Positions 26,982 to 36,796 of a stretch of 64,000 nucleotides of DNA are shown in pieces (the first letter of the stretch is position 1; every line of letters starts with the position of its first letter). A program made the position numbers and the translations under genes. Source of the stretch: Chloroflexota bacterium (lineage in GTDB: Bacteria > Chloroflexota > UBA11872 > VXOZ01); contig OZ244922.1 in assembly GCA_965221905.1 (NCBI GenBank), positions 2,496,001 through 2,560,000 of the forward strand. Reading direction: 5' to 3'. Under the pieces are notes generated by a model. That model was not told the origin of the DNA and did not search any database. It saw only the letters and a program-made list of their open reading frames with translations.

Positions 26982-29177
26982 CTACGCGAGCTTTTCGATG
27001 GGGGCGAACGAGGCGGAAAGGCGCTTGACGCCAATATCCGGGAAGGCAATCGTCACTTCTTCATCAGTTTCAGTAATCTTGCTGCTCACCACCGTACCCT
27101 CACCAAAGACCGTGTGGCGCACGCGATCGCCATCGTGATACTTCCGTTCCTGCGAGGATTGCCCGCGTGGCGGGCGAGTGGTGGCTTGTGCGCCTTGCCA
27201 AACCGCCTCAAGCGGCGCTTGCGGCCGCATCATGGGCCCGGTCACGAGTTCCGGCGGTAATTCCGCAAGGAAGCGGGACGGCAGACGCGCGAGCGAATTG
27301 CCGGTGTAGCGGCGCGCGGCGTAGAGGAGGAAGAGCCGCTCCTTGGCCCGCGTCAGCGCCACATAGCAGAGTCGCCGTTCCTCCGCCATCTGTTCCGGAT
27401 CATCGTAGGAACGAATGTGCGGAAACAGCTCCTCCTCCATGCCGGTCACGAACACCGCCGGGAATTCCAGACCCTTGGCGTTGTGCATGGTCATGAGGGT
27501 AAGCCCCCCTTCCGCGTCCAACCGATCAACGTCGGCGGCGAGCGTCGCCTCGTGCAGAAACAGGCTCAAGCCCTGGGGAGGTTCAATATCGTCGAAGCGC
27601 GCAGCGGCGGCGGCCAACTCCTGCAGGTTTTCTTCTCGGTCCACCACCTCTTCGATGTTATCGCCCTTGCGGATATGCTCCAGGTAACCACAATCTCTGA
27701 TAATCATGTTTACGAGCGCGCTCAGCGGCAAACGCGCCATCTCCTGGCGAAACTTACTCAGCAAAATGCCTAAGTCCTCGAGCGCGGTGCGCGCCCGGGA
27801 CGTAACCGGCAAGGGGTCCGCAATGTTGCCTTCCGCGAGGTACAGTACCGCCTCGGCCGGTGACATGCCTTGCATCTCCGACCACATGGTGAGTGCGGCA
27901 AACGTCTTAGCGCCGATGCCGCGGGGCGGCACATTCGCCACCCGCGCAAAACTCACGGTATCACTGATGTTGTGAATTACCCGCAAGTAGGCGAGGGTGT
28001 CCTTGATTTCCCGTCTCAGATAGAACGCAACACCACCCACCAACTGATAGGGAATGCCGTAAGCGACCAATGCATCCTCCAAGGCCCGCGACTGCGCGTT
28101 TGTGCGATACATGACGACGCAGTCACTCAAGCTGAGACCCTCATTCTGCAATTGGCGCACGGCATTAACGACCAGTCGCGCCTCATCCTCCTCGTCGTGT
28201 GCCGGTAAGACGACCAGCGGCGCCCCGCTCCCTTGGTTCGTCCACAGTTTCTTTTCACGACGGCGGGGTAAGCGGCTGATGATGCTATACGCGGAATCCA
28301 AGATGTTCTGGGTGGAGCGATAGTTCTGCTCTAGCTTTACTACGGAAGCGTCAGGATACTCGCGCTCGAAGTTGAGGATGTTGCGAATGTCAGCGCCGCG
28401 CCAACTGTAGATACCTTGATCGTCGTCGCCGACGACGCAGATGTTGCGGTATTTGGACGCAAGCAAGCGAACTAATTCATATTGCGCGTGATTCGTGTCC
28501 TGGTACTCATCCACCATGATGTAACGGTAGCGATCTTGGTAGTGCTCCCGCACGTCCGAATGCTCCCGAAAGAGCTGCACCACGAACATGATGAGATCGT
28601 TGAAGTCCAGCGCATTGGCATCGCGCAGGGCTTTTTGGTAGCGCCGATAGGCCTTGGCTACAGCTTCTTCAAACGGCCCCTGTGCATGCTCGGCAAAGAC
28701 ATGGGGGGTAATGAGTTCGTCTTTGGCGCGGGAGATCGCATTCAAAACTGCCCGCGGGCTTAGACTCTTCTCGTTGATGCCGAGTGCCTTGAGCACGTTC
28801 TTGACTACAGTCAACTGGTCGGCATCATCGTAGATGGTGAAGCCCTCTTCCCAGCCGAGCCGCCGCAGTTCACGGCGCAAGATGCGCGAACAGAACGAAT
28901 GAAACGTGCTCAGCAGCACATTTTCACCGATCGGCCCGGTCAATTCCCGCACCCGATGCCGCATCTCCTGGGCAGCCTTATTCGTAAACGTAACGCCCAG
29001 TATCTGCCACGCCGGCACGCGCTTGGCAAGCATCAGGTAGGCAATCCGATGGACGATCACGCGCGTCTTGCCGGAACCGGCCCCAGCCAGAATCAATACC
29101 GGACCGGTCCCGGTCTCCACCGCTCGCCGCTGCGGTTCATTGAGATTTTCCAGCAAGGACTCAGGGTTTATGACCAC
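26982..29177 (-). CDS. pcrA: ATP-dependent DNA helicase PcrA/UvrD
   Basis: AGAGSGKT, VDEYQDTN, LEQNYRST, HNAKGLEF, EERRLCYVALTRAK and C-terminal Tudor-like domain. Confidence 0.95.
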   Translation of the reverse strand: MVINPESLLENLNEPQRRAVETGTGPVLILAGAGSGKTRVIVHRIAYLMLAKRVPAWQILGVTFTNKAAQEMRHRVRELTGPIGENVLLSTFHSFCSRILRRELRRLGWEEGFTIYDDADQLTVVKNVLKALGINEKSLSPRAVLNAISRAKDELITPHVFAEHAQGPFEEAVAKAYRRYQKALRDANALDFNDLIMFVVQLFREHSDVREHYQDRYRYIMVDEYQDTNHAQYELVRLLASKYRNICVVGDDDQGIYSWRGADIRNILNFEREYPDASVVKLEQNYRSTQNILDSAYSIISRLPRRREKKLWTNQGSGAPLVVLPAHDEEDEARLVVNAVRQLQNEGLSLSDCVVMYRTNAQSRALEDALVAYGIPYQLVGGVAFYLRREIKDTLAYLRVIHNISDTVSFARVANVPPRGIGAKTFAALTMWSEMQGMSPAEAVLYLAEGNIADPLPVTSRARTALEDLGILLSKFRQEMARLPLSALVNMIIRDCGYLEHIRKGDNIEEVVDREENLQELAAAAARFDDIEPPQGLSLFLHEATLAADVDRLDAEGGLTLMTMHNAKGLEFPAVFVTGMEEELFPHIRSYDDPEQMAEERRLCYVALTRAKERLFLLYAARRYTGNSLARLPSRFLAELPPELVTGPMMRPQAPLEAVWQGAQATTRPPRGQSSQERKYHDGDRVRHTVFGEGTVVSSKITETDEEVTIAFPDIGVKRLSASFAPIEKLA

Positions 29178-29499
29178 GAAGCGTTACCCGCATGCCAGTA
29201 GTGAGAAACAAGACCTCAGTGAGGAGTGGGATCGCACGCAGTCTTGAACTGGTTCCGCGCCGCCCTCAGAGCGATTGTAGCATCATCACTTCTCGTGTGC
29301 ATCATTGAAAACACCGTCATGTTAGAGGCGAAATACCTACTCTCACCCTGGGTTAATTCGCCTATGCATTGCCTTTCGTTCCTCAGCAAGCATTGATGAC
29401 CATTCGCTCACGGTTCTCTCTTTACACACAAAGAGCAGCTAAACCTCAGGCCCAACGGGTGATTCAGCTTCTTTTGTCCTCCCAAAGAACCATTAATCT

Positions 29500-29524
29500 A
29501 ATTCCTAGTAAAAATCTAGGAATT
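29500..29524. promoter_or_regulatory. Palindromic operator (Rrf2-family-like)
   Basis: AATTCCTAG-N7-CTAGGAATT perfect inverted repeat just upstream of a TTGACT -35 box. Confidence 0.55.
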
Positions 29525-29538
29525 TCTACCATATTCGC

Positions 29539-29593
29539 TTGACTAATGAAAAAAAGTTAGGGTACCCTAACTTAGACAATTAGGTATCCCTTT
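29539..29593 (+). promoter_or_regulatory. Promoter overlapped by DtxR/SirR/MntR-type metal box(es)
   Basis: TTGACT at 29539; perfect 20-bp palindrome AAGTTAGGGTACCCTAACTT 29554-29573; degenerate second box TTAGGTATCCCTTT 29580-29593; upstream of the iron ABC operon. Confidence 0.7.
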
Positions 29594-29744
29594 AGCGACG
29601 TTTTGCCGGTGGCCGTCTGCTTATCCAGCGGCGCGGTGAGTGCGCTTTCGCAGAGACCTGGTTGGTCAAATGTGTGCTCAAAGGCCTTGAAGCGCTCGAC
29701 ACGGTAAATACGCAAAGTAAGTGGCACGAAAAGGAGCCATTGTT

Positions 29745-30794
29745 GTGTACGTGAATCGTCGTACCCTTCTTAAGGCCTCGCTGTCGTTGCTCCCCGTAGC
29801 AATCGGGGCGGCATGCGGCAGGGCCGATGTTACTACGAGTGAGACGGCAAGCACCTCTGAGACTGAGCCTACCCTCCTCACGGTCTATTCCGGCAGGAAC
29901 GAAAACCTCGTCGGGCCGCTGTTGGAACAGTTTGGGAAAGATACCGGCATCGCTATTCAGGTAAAGTTTGGCGGCACTGCTGAAATCGCAGCAACTATTC
30001 TCGAAGAGGGCGCGAATAGCCCCGCAGACGTCTTTTACGCCCAGGATGCAGGTGCGCTGGGTGCGCTGCAGGCGGAAAACCGCCTGGCGGCGCTGCCGGA
30101 CGCAATTCTCAACGCAGTGGAGCCGCGTTTTCGCTCTCCGCAGGGCCAATGGGTCGGTACGTCAGGCCGAGCTCGCGTAGTGGTCTACAACACGGAGAGC
30201 GTAAAGCCTGAGGATCTACCCCCGTCGATCTTGGACTTTACCGATCCAATATGGAAGGGACGCATTGGCTGGGCGCCGACGAACGGCTCGTTCCAGGCGT
30301 TCGTCACCGCCATGCGCGTGACGCTTGGGGATGATCGGACCCGAGCGTGGTTGGAAGGCATCAAGGCAAACGAGCCGAAGGTGTACCCCAAGAACACGCC
30401 CACGGTCCAAGCCGCCGTGGATGGAGAGATTGCCGTCGGTTTCGTCAACCACTACTACCTTTTCCGCATTCGCGCAGAGCAGGGCAATGTGCCGGCCGAG
30501 AACTACTTCCCGCCCAACGGCGACCTGGGCGCCCTGATTAATGTGGCCGGAGCCGGCGTGATTGCGGGAACGAAGAACCAAGCGGCTGCAGAGCAGTTTA
30601 TTGCGTATCTGCTATCGCAGCAGGCGCAAGAGTACTTCGCCACAGAGACGTATGAGTATCCGCTGGCGCATGGCGTAGCCGCCCATTCGGACCTGCCGCC
30701 CCTCGCCGCGATCCAGACGCCGGACATCGACCTCAGCGACCTCGCCGACCTGCGCGGCACTCTACAACTCTTACAAGAGGTAGAACTGATCTAA
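29745..30794 (+). CDS. fbpA: Fe3+ ABC transporter substrate-binding lipoprotein (FbpA/FutA-like), Tat signal
   Basis: NRRTLLK, GAAC lipobox, LTVYSGR, SPADVF, APTNGSFQAF and VNHYY; GTG start after AAGGAG (29751 is an alternative). Confidence 0.88.
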   Translation: MYVNRRTLLKASLSLLPVAIGAACGRADVTTSETASTSETEPTLLTVYSGRNENLVGPLLEQFGKDTGIAIQVKFGGTAEIAATILEEGANSPADVFYAQDAGALGALQAENRLAALPDAILNAVEPRFRSPQGQWVGTSGRARVVVYNTESVKPEDLPPSILDFTDPIWKGRIGWAPTNGSFQAFVTAMRVTLGDDRTRAWLEGIKANEPKVYPKNTPTVQAAVDGEIAVGFVNHYYLFRIRAEQGNVPAENYFPPNGDLGALINVAGAGVIAGTKNQAAAEQFIAYLLSQQAQEYFATETYEYPLAHGVAAHSDLPPLAAIQTPDIDLSDLADLRGTLQLLQEVELI

Positions 30795-30827
30795 TTCCTG
30801 AAAGAGCCTAAGGCGACTTCGTCGAAG

Positions 30828-32441
30828 ATGGCAATTCCTGTAGCGCTACGCGAGACAATTCAAGGCGGCCGGCGGACGTATCAGTCCGCCGGCCCGCCTT
30901 TGCCTCTCCTTCTGACGAGCGGCGTCGTTGCAATCGGAATCTTACTGCCCCTCGCCTATTTGATCATGCGAGCCGCCGGCGCAGGGGATGAAATCTGGCG
31001 GCTCCTACTGCGTCCGCGCTCCGCTGTCATTCTCTTCAATAGCATAGCTCTCGCTTCCGCCGTAACCCTCAGCACCATTGCAATCGCCGTTCCCCTGGCT
31101 TGGCTCGTCGTACGCAGCGATTTGCCCTTGCGGCGGCTCTGGACCAGCCTGCTAGTCGTTCCTCTCGCCGTGCCCAGCTACGTCGGTGGATTCGTGCTCA
31201 TCGGGGCACTGGGGCCGCGCGGCATGCTGCAACGCATACTCGCGCCCTTGGGCGTTGAACGTCTGCCGGAGATCTACGGCTTTCCCGGAGCCTGGCTTGC
31301 GTTAACTCTTTTTACCTACCCCTACGTATTCCTCGTTGTGCGCGCCGCCTTAGGGGGCATGGACCGCACGTTGGAAGAAGCCTCCCGCAGTCTCGGACAG
31401 AGCAGTTGGCTTACATTCTGGAAGATAACCTTCCCGCAGCTCCGTCCCGCGATGGCAGCAGGCGGGCTGCTTGTTGCCCTCTATACTCTCAGTGACTTTG
31501 GCGCGGTGTCGCTCCTGCAGTTCGACTCATTCACGCGCGTAATCTACGTCCATTATCAAGGCTCTTTCGACCGGCACCTCGCTGCCGGTCTCGCACTCGT
31601 GCTTGTGTTTATAACGCTGCTCATTCTCGTTCTCGAGCACTGGAGCCGGGGACGCGCCTACTACCAAAGCGGCGCCCGCACCGGGATGCGGCCACTGCCC
31701 CGGATGGCTCTAGGGAAGTGGCGGATACCGGCCATAGCGCTCTGCAGCATCGTTGCCTTATTCGCTCTCGTCCTGCCCGCGCTCACCGTTGGCTATTGGC
31801 TGCTCCGTAGCGTTTCGTACACAGCAAGTCTCAGTGCGCTGCCCGGCTTGGCGTGGAATACGCTATGGGTCTCCGCGGCGACCGGAATTGCTGCCGTTGT
31901 CCTTGCCGTGCCGGTGGCATACCTGACGGTCAGATTTCCCAGCCGCCCCATTCGCCTCTTCGAGTACGCCATCTATTTGGGTTACGGCCTGCCGGGCATT
32001 GTTATCGCGCTATCACTCGTCTTCTTCGGAGCGAACGTAGCGCCAATAATCTACCAGACCTTCTTTCTCCTGATAGCCGCCTATTTGATCCGATTCTTAC
32101 CGCAAGCCTATGGCAATGCGCGGACATCGTTGTTGCAGGTGAACCCCTCGCTCGAAGAAGCCTCACGGAGTCTCGGCCACTCCTGGCATGCCACACTCCG
32201 CGCGATTACGTTGCCCTTAGTGCGGGGCGGAGCTACCGCGGGCGGCATTCTGGTCTTCGTTACCACCCTCAAAGAGCTACCAATAACCCTCTTGCTGGGC
32301 CCGATCGGCTTCAAGACACTCGCTACTGAAATCTGGTCCACAACCGCGGAAGGATTCTTCGCTCAGTCTGCGCCTGTGATCTTGGTGCTGCTGGGTATTT
32401 CGCTGCTGCCGACGTTGCTCTTTGCCGTTAAGGAACCGTAA
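30828..32441 (+). CDS. fbpB: Fe3+ ABC transporter permease (two EAA loops)
   Basis: LEEASRSLG twice, PSYVG and SDFGAV; many TM helices. Confidence 0.9.
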   Translation: MAIPVALRETIQGGRRTYQSAGPPLPLLLTSGVVAIGILLPLAYLIMRAAGAGDEIWRLLLRPRSAVILFNSIALASAVTLSTIAIAVPLAWLVVRSDLPLRRLWTSLLVVPLAVPSYVGGFVLIGALGPRGMLQRILAPLGVERLPEIYGFPGAWLALTLFTYPYVFLVVRAALGGMDRTLEEASRSLGQSSWLTFWKITFPQLRPAMAAGGLLVALYTLSDFGAVSLLQFDSFTRVIYVHYQGSFDRHLAAGLALVLVFITLLILVLEHWSRGRAYYQSGARTGMRPLPRMALGKWRIPAIALCSIVALFALVLPALTVGYWLLRSVSYTASLSALPGLAWNTLWVSAATGIAAVVLAVPVAYLTVRFPSRPIRLFEYAIYLGYGLPGIVIALSLVFFGANVAPIIYQTFFLLIAAYLIRFLPQAYGNARTSLLQVNPSLEEASRSLGHSWHATLRAITLPLVRGGATAGGILVFVTTLKELPITLLLGPIGFKTLATEIWSTTAEGFFAQSAPVILVLLGISLLPTLLFAVKEP

Positions 32442-32454
32442 AATAGATGCTGAC

Positions 32455-33504
32455 ATGAGTATTAGCCTCTTCGCCATCCGCTGCCACAACGTCACTAAAC
32501 GATTCGGCTCCGTACTGGCAGTTAACCAGGTAGACCTAACTGTTGCACCCGGTGAATTCCTCAGCCTCCTGGGGCCAAGCGGTTGCGGCAAAACAACCAT
32601 GCTCCGCCTAATCGCCGGGTTTGAGGTGCCGGATACCGGCACGATTGAAATCGGCGACCTTTGCGTCGTTGGCCCCAAGCGGTGGATACAACCGGAACGG
32701 CGGCGCGTGGGCATGGTCTTCCAGGACTATGCGCTCTTTCCACACATGACTGTGGCGGAAAACGTGGCCTACGGCGTGCGCAAGTGGCCCGATCAACGCG
32801 AACGAGTTGGCAAAGCCCTGCGGCTGGTCGGTTTGGATAGCCTTCGCGAGCGGATGCCTAACGAGCTTTCCGGCGGACAGCAGCAGCGTGTGGCACTCGC
32901 TCGCGCACTGGCCCCGGAACCCGACGTGATCCTCATGGACGAACCGTTCTCAAATCTGGACGTGGCCCTGCGCGCGCGCATCCGCGCCGAGACACGTGAG
33001 ATCCTCGCCCGAGCCGGAGCAACTGTGATCTTTGTAACTCACGATCAAGAAGAGGCGCTCAGCCTCGCCGATCGGGTTGCCGTTATGTGGGACGGACAGA
33101 TTGCCCAGGTGGGCGAACCGGAAGAGCTCTACCGCAACCCCACTTCTCGGGAAGTGGCCCAGTTCGTAGGTGGCGCGAATTTCCTCTTTGCGCACGCCGC
33201 CAACGGCCATGCGCAGTGTGCGCTCGGCCGATTTCCGCTCAACGGCACGGCCCATAGCGGAGACCTTGATCTCATGTTCCGTCCCGAGGATATTGCATTG
33301 ACGGTTGCGTCGGACGGTGCCTCGCGCGTCGTCGATTCCACTTTCTACGGCCACGATAGCACGGTGACAATTCGCCTGGAAACCGGCGAAAACATTCAGG
33401 TGCGGCTTCTCGGCGCGCCGCTAACCCCAGGGACGCGCGTCGACTGCCGGGTCACGGCTGAACCGCGCACCTTCCTGCGGCTACCGCAAGCTGCAACTTC
33501 GTAG
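32455..33504 (+). CDS. fbpC: Fe3+ ABC transporter ATP-binding protein with TOBE domain
   Basis: GPSGCGKT, LSGGQQQRVALAR, MDEPFSNLD and VTHDQEEA. Confidence 0.9.
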   Translation: MSISLFAIRCHNVTKRFGSVLAVNQVDLTVAPGEFLSLLGPSGCGKTTMLRLIAGFEVPDTGTIEIGDLCVVGPKRWIQPERRRVGMVFQDYALFPHMTVAENVAYGVRKWPDQRERVGKALRLVGLDSLRERMPNELSGGQQQRVALARALAPEPDVILMDEPFSNLDVALRARIRAETREILARAGATVIFVTHDQEEALSLADRVAVMWDGQIAQVGEPEELYRNPTSREVAQFVGGANFLFAHAANGHAQCALGRFPLNGTAHSGDLDLMFRPEDIALTVASDGASRVVDSTFYGHDSTVTIRLETGENIQVRLLGAPLTPGTRVDCRVTAEPRTFLRLPQAATS

Positions 33505-33576
33505 TTCTGCGGGACACGGTATAGTTATTGCAACCGAGCACTCACTCAGTGTTAGCCAGGAAACCCCTACCGGCTC

Positions 33577-34734
33577 ATGCCAACTCTTGATTGCACTACG
33601 GCGCGCAATGAGATTTCGCTGCTTCAAGACTGTGTCTACCTCAATACCGGTACGGAAGGGCTGCTAGCGGAACCGGTCCTTGCCGACTACCAAGCCGCAA
33701 TTGCACGACAGGAGCGCCAGGGCCACGTGGCCCTGGAATGGCGCTACACCCAATCCGAACGCGCACGCGAGGCAGTTGCGAGAGTTCTGCACACTCATCC
33801 CGCTACCATTGCCTTCACCCGCAACGCCACTGACAGCCACAACATCGTGCTCCACGGCCTGCCTTGGCAACCCGGCGACGAACTCCTGATTTCCGATCAG
33901 GAGCATCCGGCGCTGACCCATCCCGCGGCTTATTTGCAGAACCGCGGTGGGCCAACCGTGCGGGTGTTTGCCATCGACGCCGATCCGCAGAGCACAATGC
34001 AGAACATCCGTGCCGCCTTGGGTCCCAAGACTCGGCTGATTGCCTTCAGCCAGGTGAGTTGCGAAAGCGGCATTCGGCTGCCGGCCAAGGAAATCTGTCA
34101 GATTGCCCACGAGCATGGCGCCTGGGCGCTTGTGGACGGCGCGCAATCGCTGGGCGCAATTCCCGTGGACGTGACAGATATGAACTGCGATTTCTTCGTC
34201 AGCAACGGGCACAAATGGCTGTGCGGCCCAAAGGGAACGGGCATCCTATACGTACGCCTCGACCGGCTAGAATCCCTTGCCATAAGAGCGGTTGGCGCGG
34301 GCACCTTCGAGGATTTTAACTGGAGCGGAGAGGACTTTCGCCTTCGCCTCAAGCCGGACGCCCGCCGCTTCGAATTCGGCACGCGCAATCAAGCCGCGCT
34401 TGCCGGACTCCATGCCGCTATCGCTTGGCTTGAAGAGCTTGGTTTCTCCAACGTTTTCTCACGCATTAGGGACTTAGCCCAACAAGCCCACCGAATACTC
34501 GCGGAGAGTCCCGGTGTCGAGGTGCTGACTCCGCGATCTGTTGACGAATCGGCGGGGATCGTGACTTTCCTACTGAATGGGAAGCAACCGTCTGAAGTTT
34601 CGCAGGCGCTATGGCAACAAGGGATCATCACGCGCCACACGACAACTCCACCGGGAGTGCGAGCCTCAGCCGCCTACTTCAACAACGAGCAGGACTTCGA
34701 GCGGCTGGCAGCGGCGCTGGGCTCCATCGTGTGA
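33577..34734 (+). CDS. Class V PLP-dependent enzyme (cystine C-S lyase / CefD / EgtE-like)
   Basis: YLNTG, QEHP, VDGAQS, GHKWLCGPKGTG and RFEFGT; lacks the SufS/IscS catalytic Cys loop. Confidence 0.8.
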   Translation: MPTLDCTTARNEISLLQDCVYLNTGTEGLLAEPVLADYQAAIARQERQGHVALEWRYTQSERAREAVARVLHTHPATIAFTRNATDSHNIVLHGLPWQPGDELLISDQEHPALTHPAAYLQNRGGPTVRVFAIDADPQSTMQNIRAALGPKTRLIAFSQVSCESGIRLPAKEICQIAHEHGAWALVDGAQSLGAIPVDVTDMNCDFFVSNGHKWLCGPKGTGILYVRLDRLESLAIRAVGAGTFEDFNWSGEDFRLRLKPDARRFEFGTRNQAALAGLHAAIAWLEELGFSNVFSRIRDLAQQAHRILAESPGVEVLTPRSVDESAGIVTFLLNGKQPSEVSQALWQQGIITRHTTTPPGVRASAAYFNNEQDFERLAAALGSIV

Positions 34735-34884
34735 GAGAATGCACAGTGGGTTTTGTGGGGACAGTGCAAACTGTCGCAGTCCCGTGTTCGCCAAGTCTTT
34801 TCTGGATCGAATGCCTGGGAAGTCTTTGACTAAGAGCATGACCTATTCGCCTGCATTCTCAACGAGAGGTTCATTCTGCAGCCA

Positions 34885-36078
34885 ATGACGAAGAGCCGGC
34901 GCCAACTCCGCATCCTGGTAACCGGCGGTGGATCCGGCGGCCACGTGACGCCCGCGCTCGCCACGATAGAAGCAATTGAGGCCCTTGCCGAACAAGACGG
35001 CGCCTGGAAACCTACGTTCCTTTACGTAGGCAGCCATGGCGGAATAGAGCGCAAGCTGGCAAGTGACGCCGGACTTCCCTTCACCGCAATTTCCACCGGC
35101 AAGCTCCGCCGCTCGCATCGATTGCTGGGACACTTTTCTTGGCAAAACATTCTCGACGCGCTGCGACTGCCTTGGGGCGTGCTGCAGGCGCTGATCACCG
35201 TCATGCGCTTCCGACCTCACGTTGTCTTGAGTACCGGGGGTTTCGTGTGCGTGCCGCCCGTAATCGCAGCCTGGCTGCTGCGCGTTCCCGTGATCACCCA
35301 TGAACAGACGGTGCAAATGGGTCTGGCAAACCGCATCGCATCGCGCTTTGCAAGGCACATCGCCTTAACTTACGAATCTGCGGGGAGTTACCTGCCGTCG
35401 CGCCTGCAAGCTAAGACCTTCGTAACCGGTAACCCGGTGCGCCCTATCATCTTCAACGGCAGTCCCGCGACGGCACTCTCTCTTGCCGGATTCGCGGGTG
35501 ATGACACTTTGCCGACTCTGTATGTCACCGGCGGCGCGCAAGGCGCACAACACATCAATCGTGCCGTTGAAGAGGCGTTGCCCGATCTGCTCACTATGTG
35601 CCGCGTCGTTCATCAGTGTGGAAGCCAGCAAGCGGGAGAGATAAGCGAGGGCGAACGCCTGCGGCAGGTCCGCGGCGCGCTGCCCGGCCACCTGCAGGCG
35701 CGCTACTACGTGGTGGATTTCGTCGCAGACGAGATTGGACACATCTATGCGCTTGCGGACGCCGTTGTAAGCCGCTCAGGTGCGGGCACTTTGGCGGAAC
35801 TCTTTGCGCTCGGCAAGCCGGCGATCCTCATCCCCTTGGTACCAACCGGCGGCGACGAACAGCGGCGTAATGCGCAGCTTGCCCAAAAAGCGGGTGCAGC
35901 GCAGATTATCGAACAGGCCGACCTCTCCGGTCAAGTCTTGTTTAAAGCAGTATCCGGGCTACTTTCCGATTGGGAGCTGCAAGAGTCCATGTCACGCGCC
36001 GCCAAGAACCTCGCTCGGCCCGATGCCGCGCGCCTTTTGGCAGAATCAGTCATTGCATTGGCAGACCGGACCGGCTGA
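34885..36078 (+). CDS. murG: Undecaprenyl-PP-MurNAc-pentapeptide GlcNAc transferase MurG
   Basis: TGGGSGGHVTPA, TGKLRR, HEQT, TGNPVR, TGGAQGA, SRSGAGT and EQRRNA. Confidence 0.88.
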   Translation: MTKSRRQLRILVTGGGSGGHVTPALATIEAIEALAEQDGAWKPTFLYVGSHGGIERKLASDAGLPFTAISTGKLRRSHRLLGHFSWQNILDALRLPWGVLQALITVMRFRPHVVLSTGGFVCVPPVIAAWLLRVPVITHEQTVQMGLANRIASRFARHIALTYESAGSYLPSRLQAKTFVTGNPVRPIIFNGSPATALSLAGFAGDDTLPTLYVTGGAQGAQHINRAVEEALPDLLTMCRVVHQCGSQQAGEISEGERLRQVRGALPGHLQARYYVVDFVADEIGHIYALADAVVSRSGAGTLAELFALGKPAILIPLVPTGGDEQRRNAQLAQKAGAAQIIEQADLSGQVLFKAVSGLLSDWELQESMSRAAKNLARPDAARLLAESVIALADRTG

Positions 36079-36095
36079 CGGTCGACACGCTCCCG

Positions 36096-36653
36096 TCACG
36101 CGTCATCTACTGCATAGACGCTGAACATCGAATCGCCATGTTGACGCCTGCGCAAGAGATGCAGCCTACCCAACCGCTCTTCGGGCAGCTTCTTCTTCCA
36201 GTGTCCGACTACGACAATCGTCCGGCTCTGAATCGCACACGATTCGGCAAGCGCCGGCAGCCAGTCTTCATGGTCCACGGTGTGGTAGGGCGGGTCTGCC
36301 AAGATTAGGTCGTAAGGCTCCTTCAAACGGTTAAGCACGCCCGGCACACGCGCCTGGATCACACGTGCTCGCTCGCGCAATGACGCCGTGCGCAAGTTCT
36401 CACGAATTGCCCTGCAAGACGCCGGTAGCGCGTCAACGAAGTCGCACCACTCGGCTCCACGGCTCAAGGCTTCAATTCCCAGCGCACCGGTGCCTGCAAA
36501 GAGCTCCAGCACTCGTCCGTCTTCACCTCTTTCACCAAGCGAATTGAAGATAGCGTGTTTGACCTTGTCTAATGTCGGTCGCACCTGCGCCGTCTTTGGC
36601 ACACGTAGCCGCCTTCCGGCGGCACTCCCGCTGATAATGCGCATGTTCATCAT
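36096..36653 (-). CDS. rsmD: 16S rRNA m2G966 methyltransferase
   Basis: MRIISG, RPTLDKVK, LFAGTGALGIEALSRGA and DPPY; the start may be 36644. Confidence 0.93.
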   Translation of the reverse strand: MMNMRIISGSAAGRRLRVPKTAQVRPTLDKVKHAIFNSLGERGEDGRVLELFAGTGALGIEALSRGAEWCDFVDALPASCRAIRENLRTASLRERARVIQARVPGVLNRLKEPYDLILADPPYHTVDHEDWLPALAESCAIQSRTIVVVGHWKKKLPEERLGRLHLLRRRQHGDSMFSVYAVDDA

Positions 36654-36796
36654 TCAAACTCGCTGGTTTTGTGCGGTTCTATCAACTTAGACATGAGACA
36701 AGTCACTTAGAGACAGGCTGCTTCAACCGGATATTCCGTGGTGCGCAAATGAGGCCAACTAACTCGATTACACCCATTGCCTACACAGCAATGCTC

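Noticed and set aside
29594-29740. Riboswitch in the leader of the iron ABC operon
   Set aside because: No cobalamin, TPP, FMN or other conserved aptamer motif recognised.
33577-34734. SufS/IscS cysteine desulfurase
   Set aside because: No catalytic Cys loop (RxGHHCA or SSGSAC).
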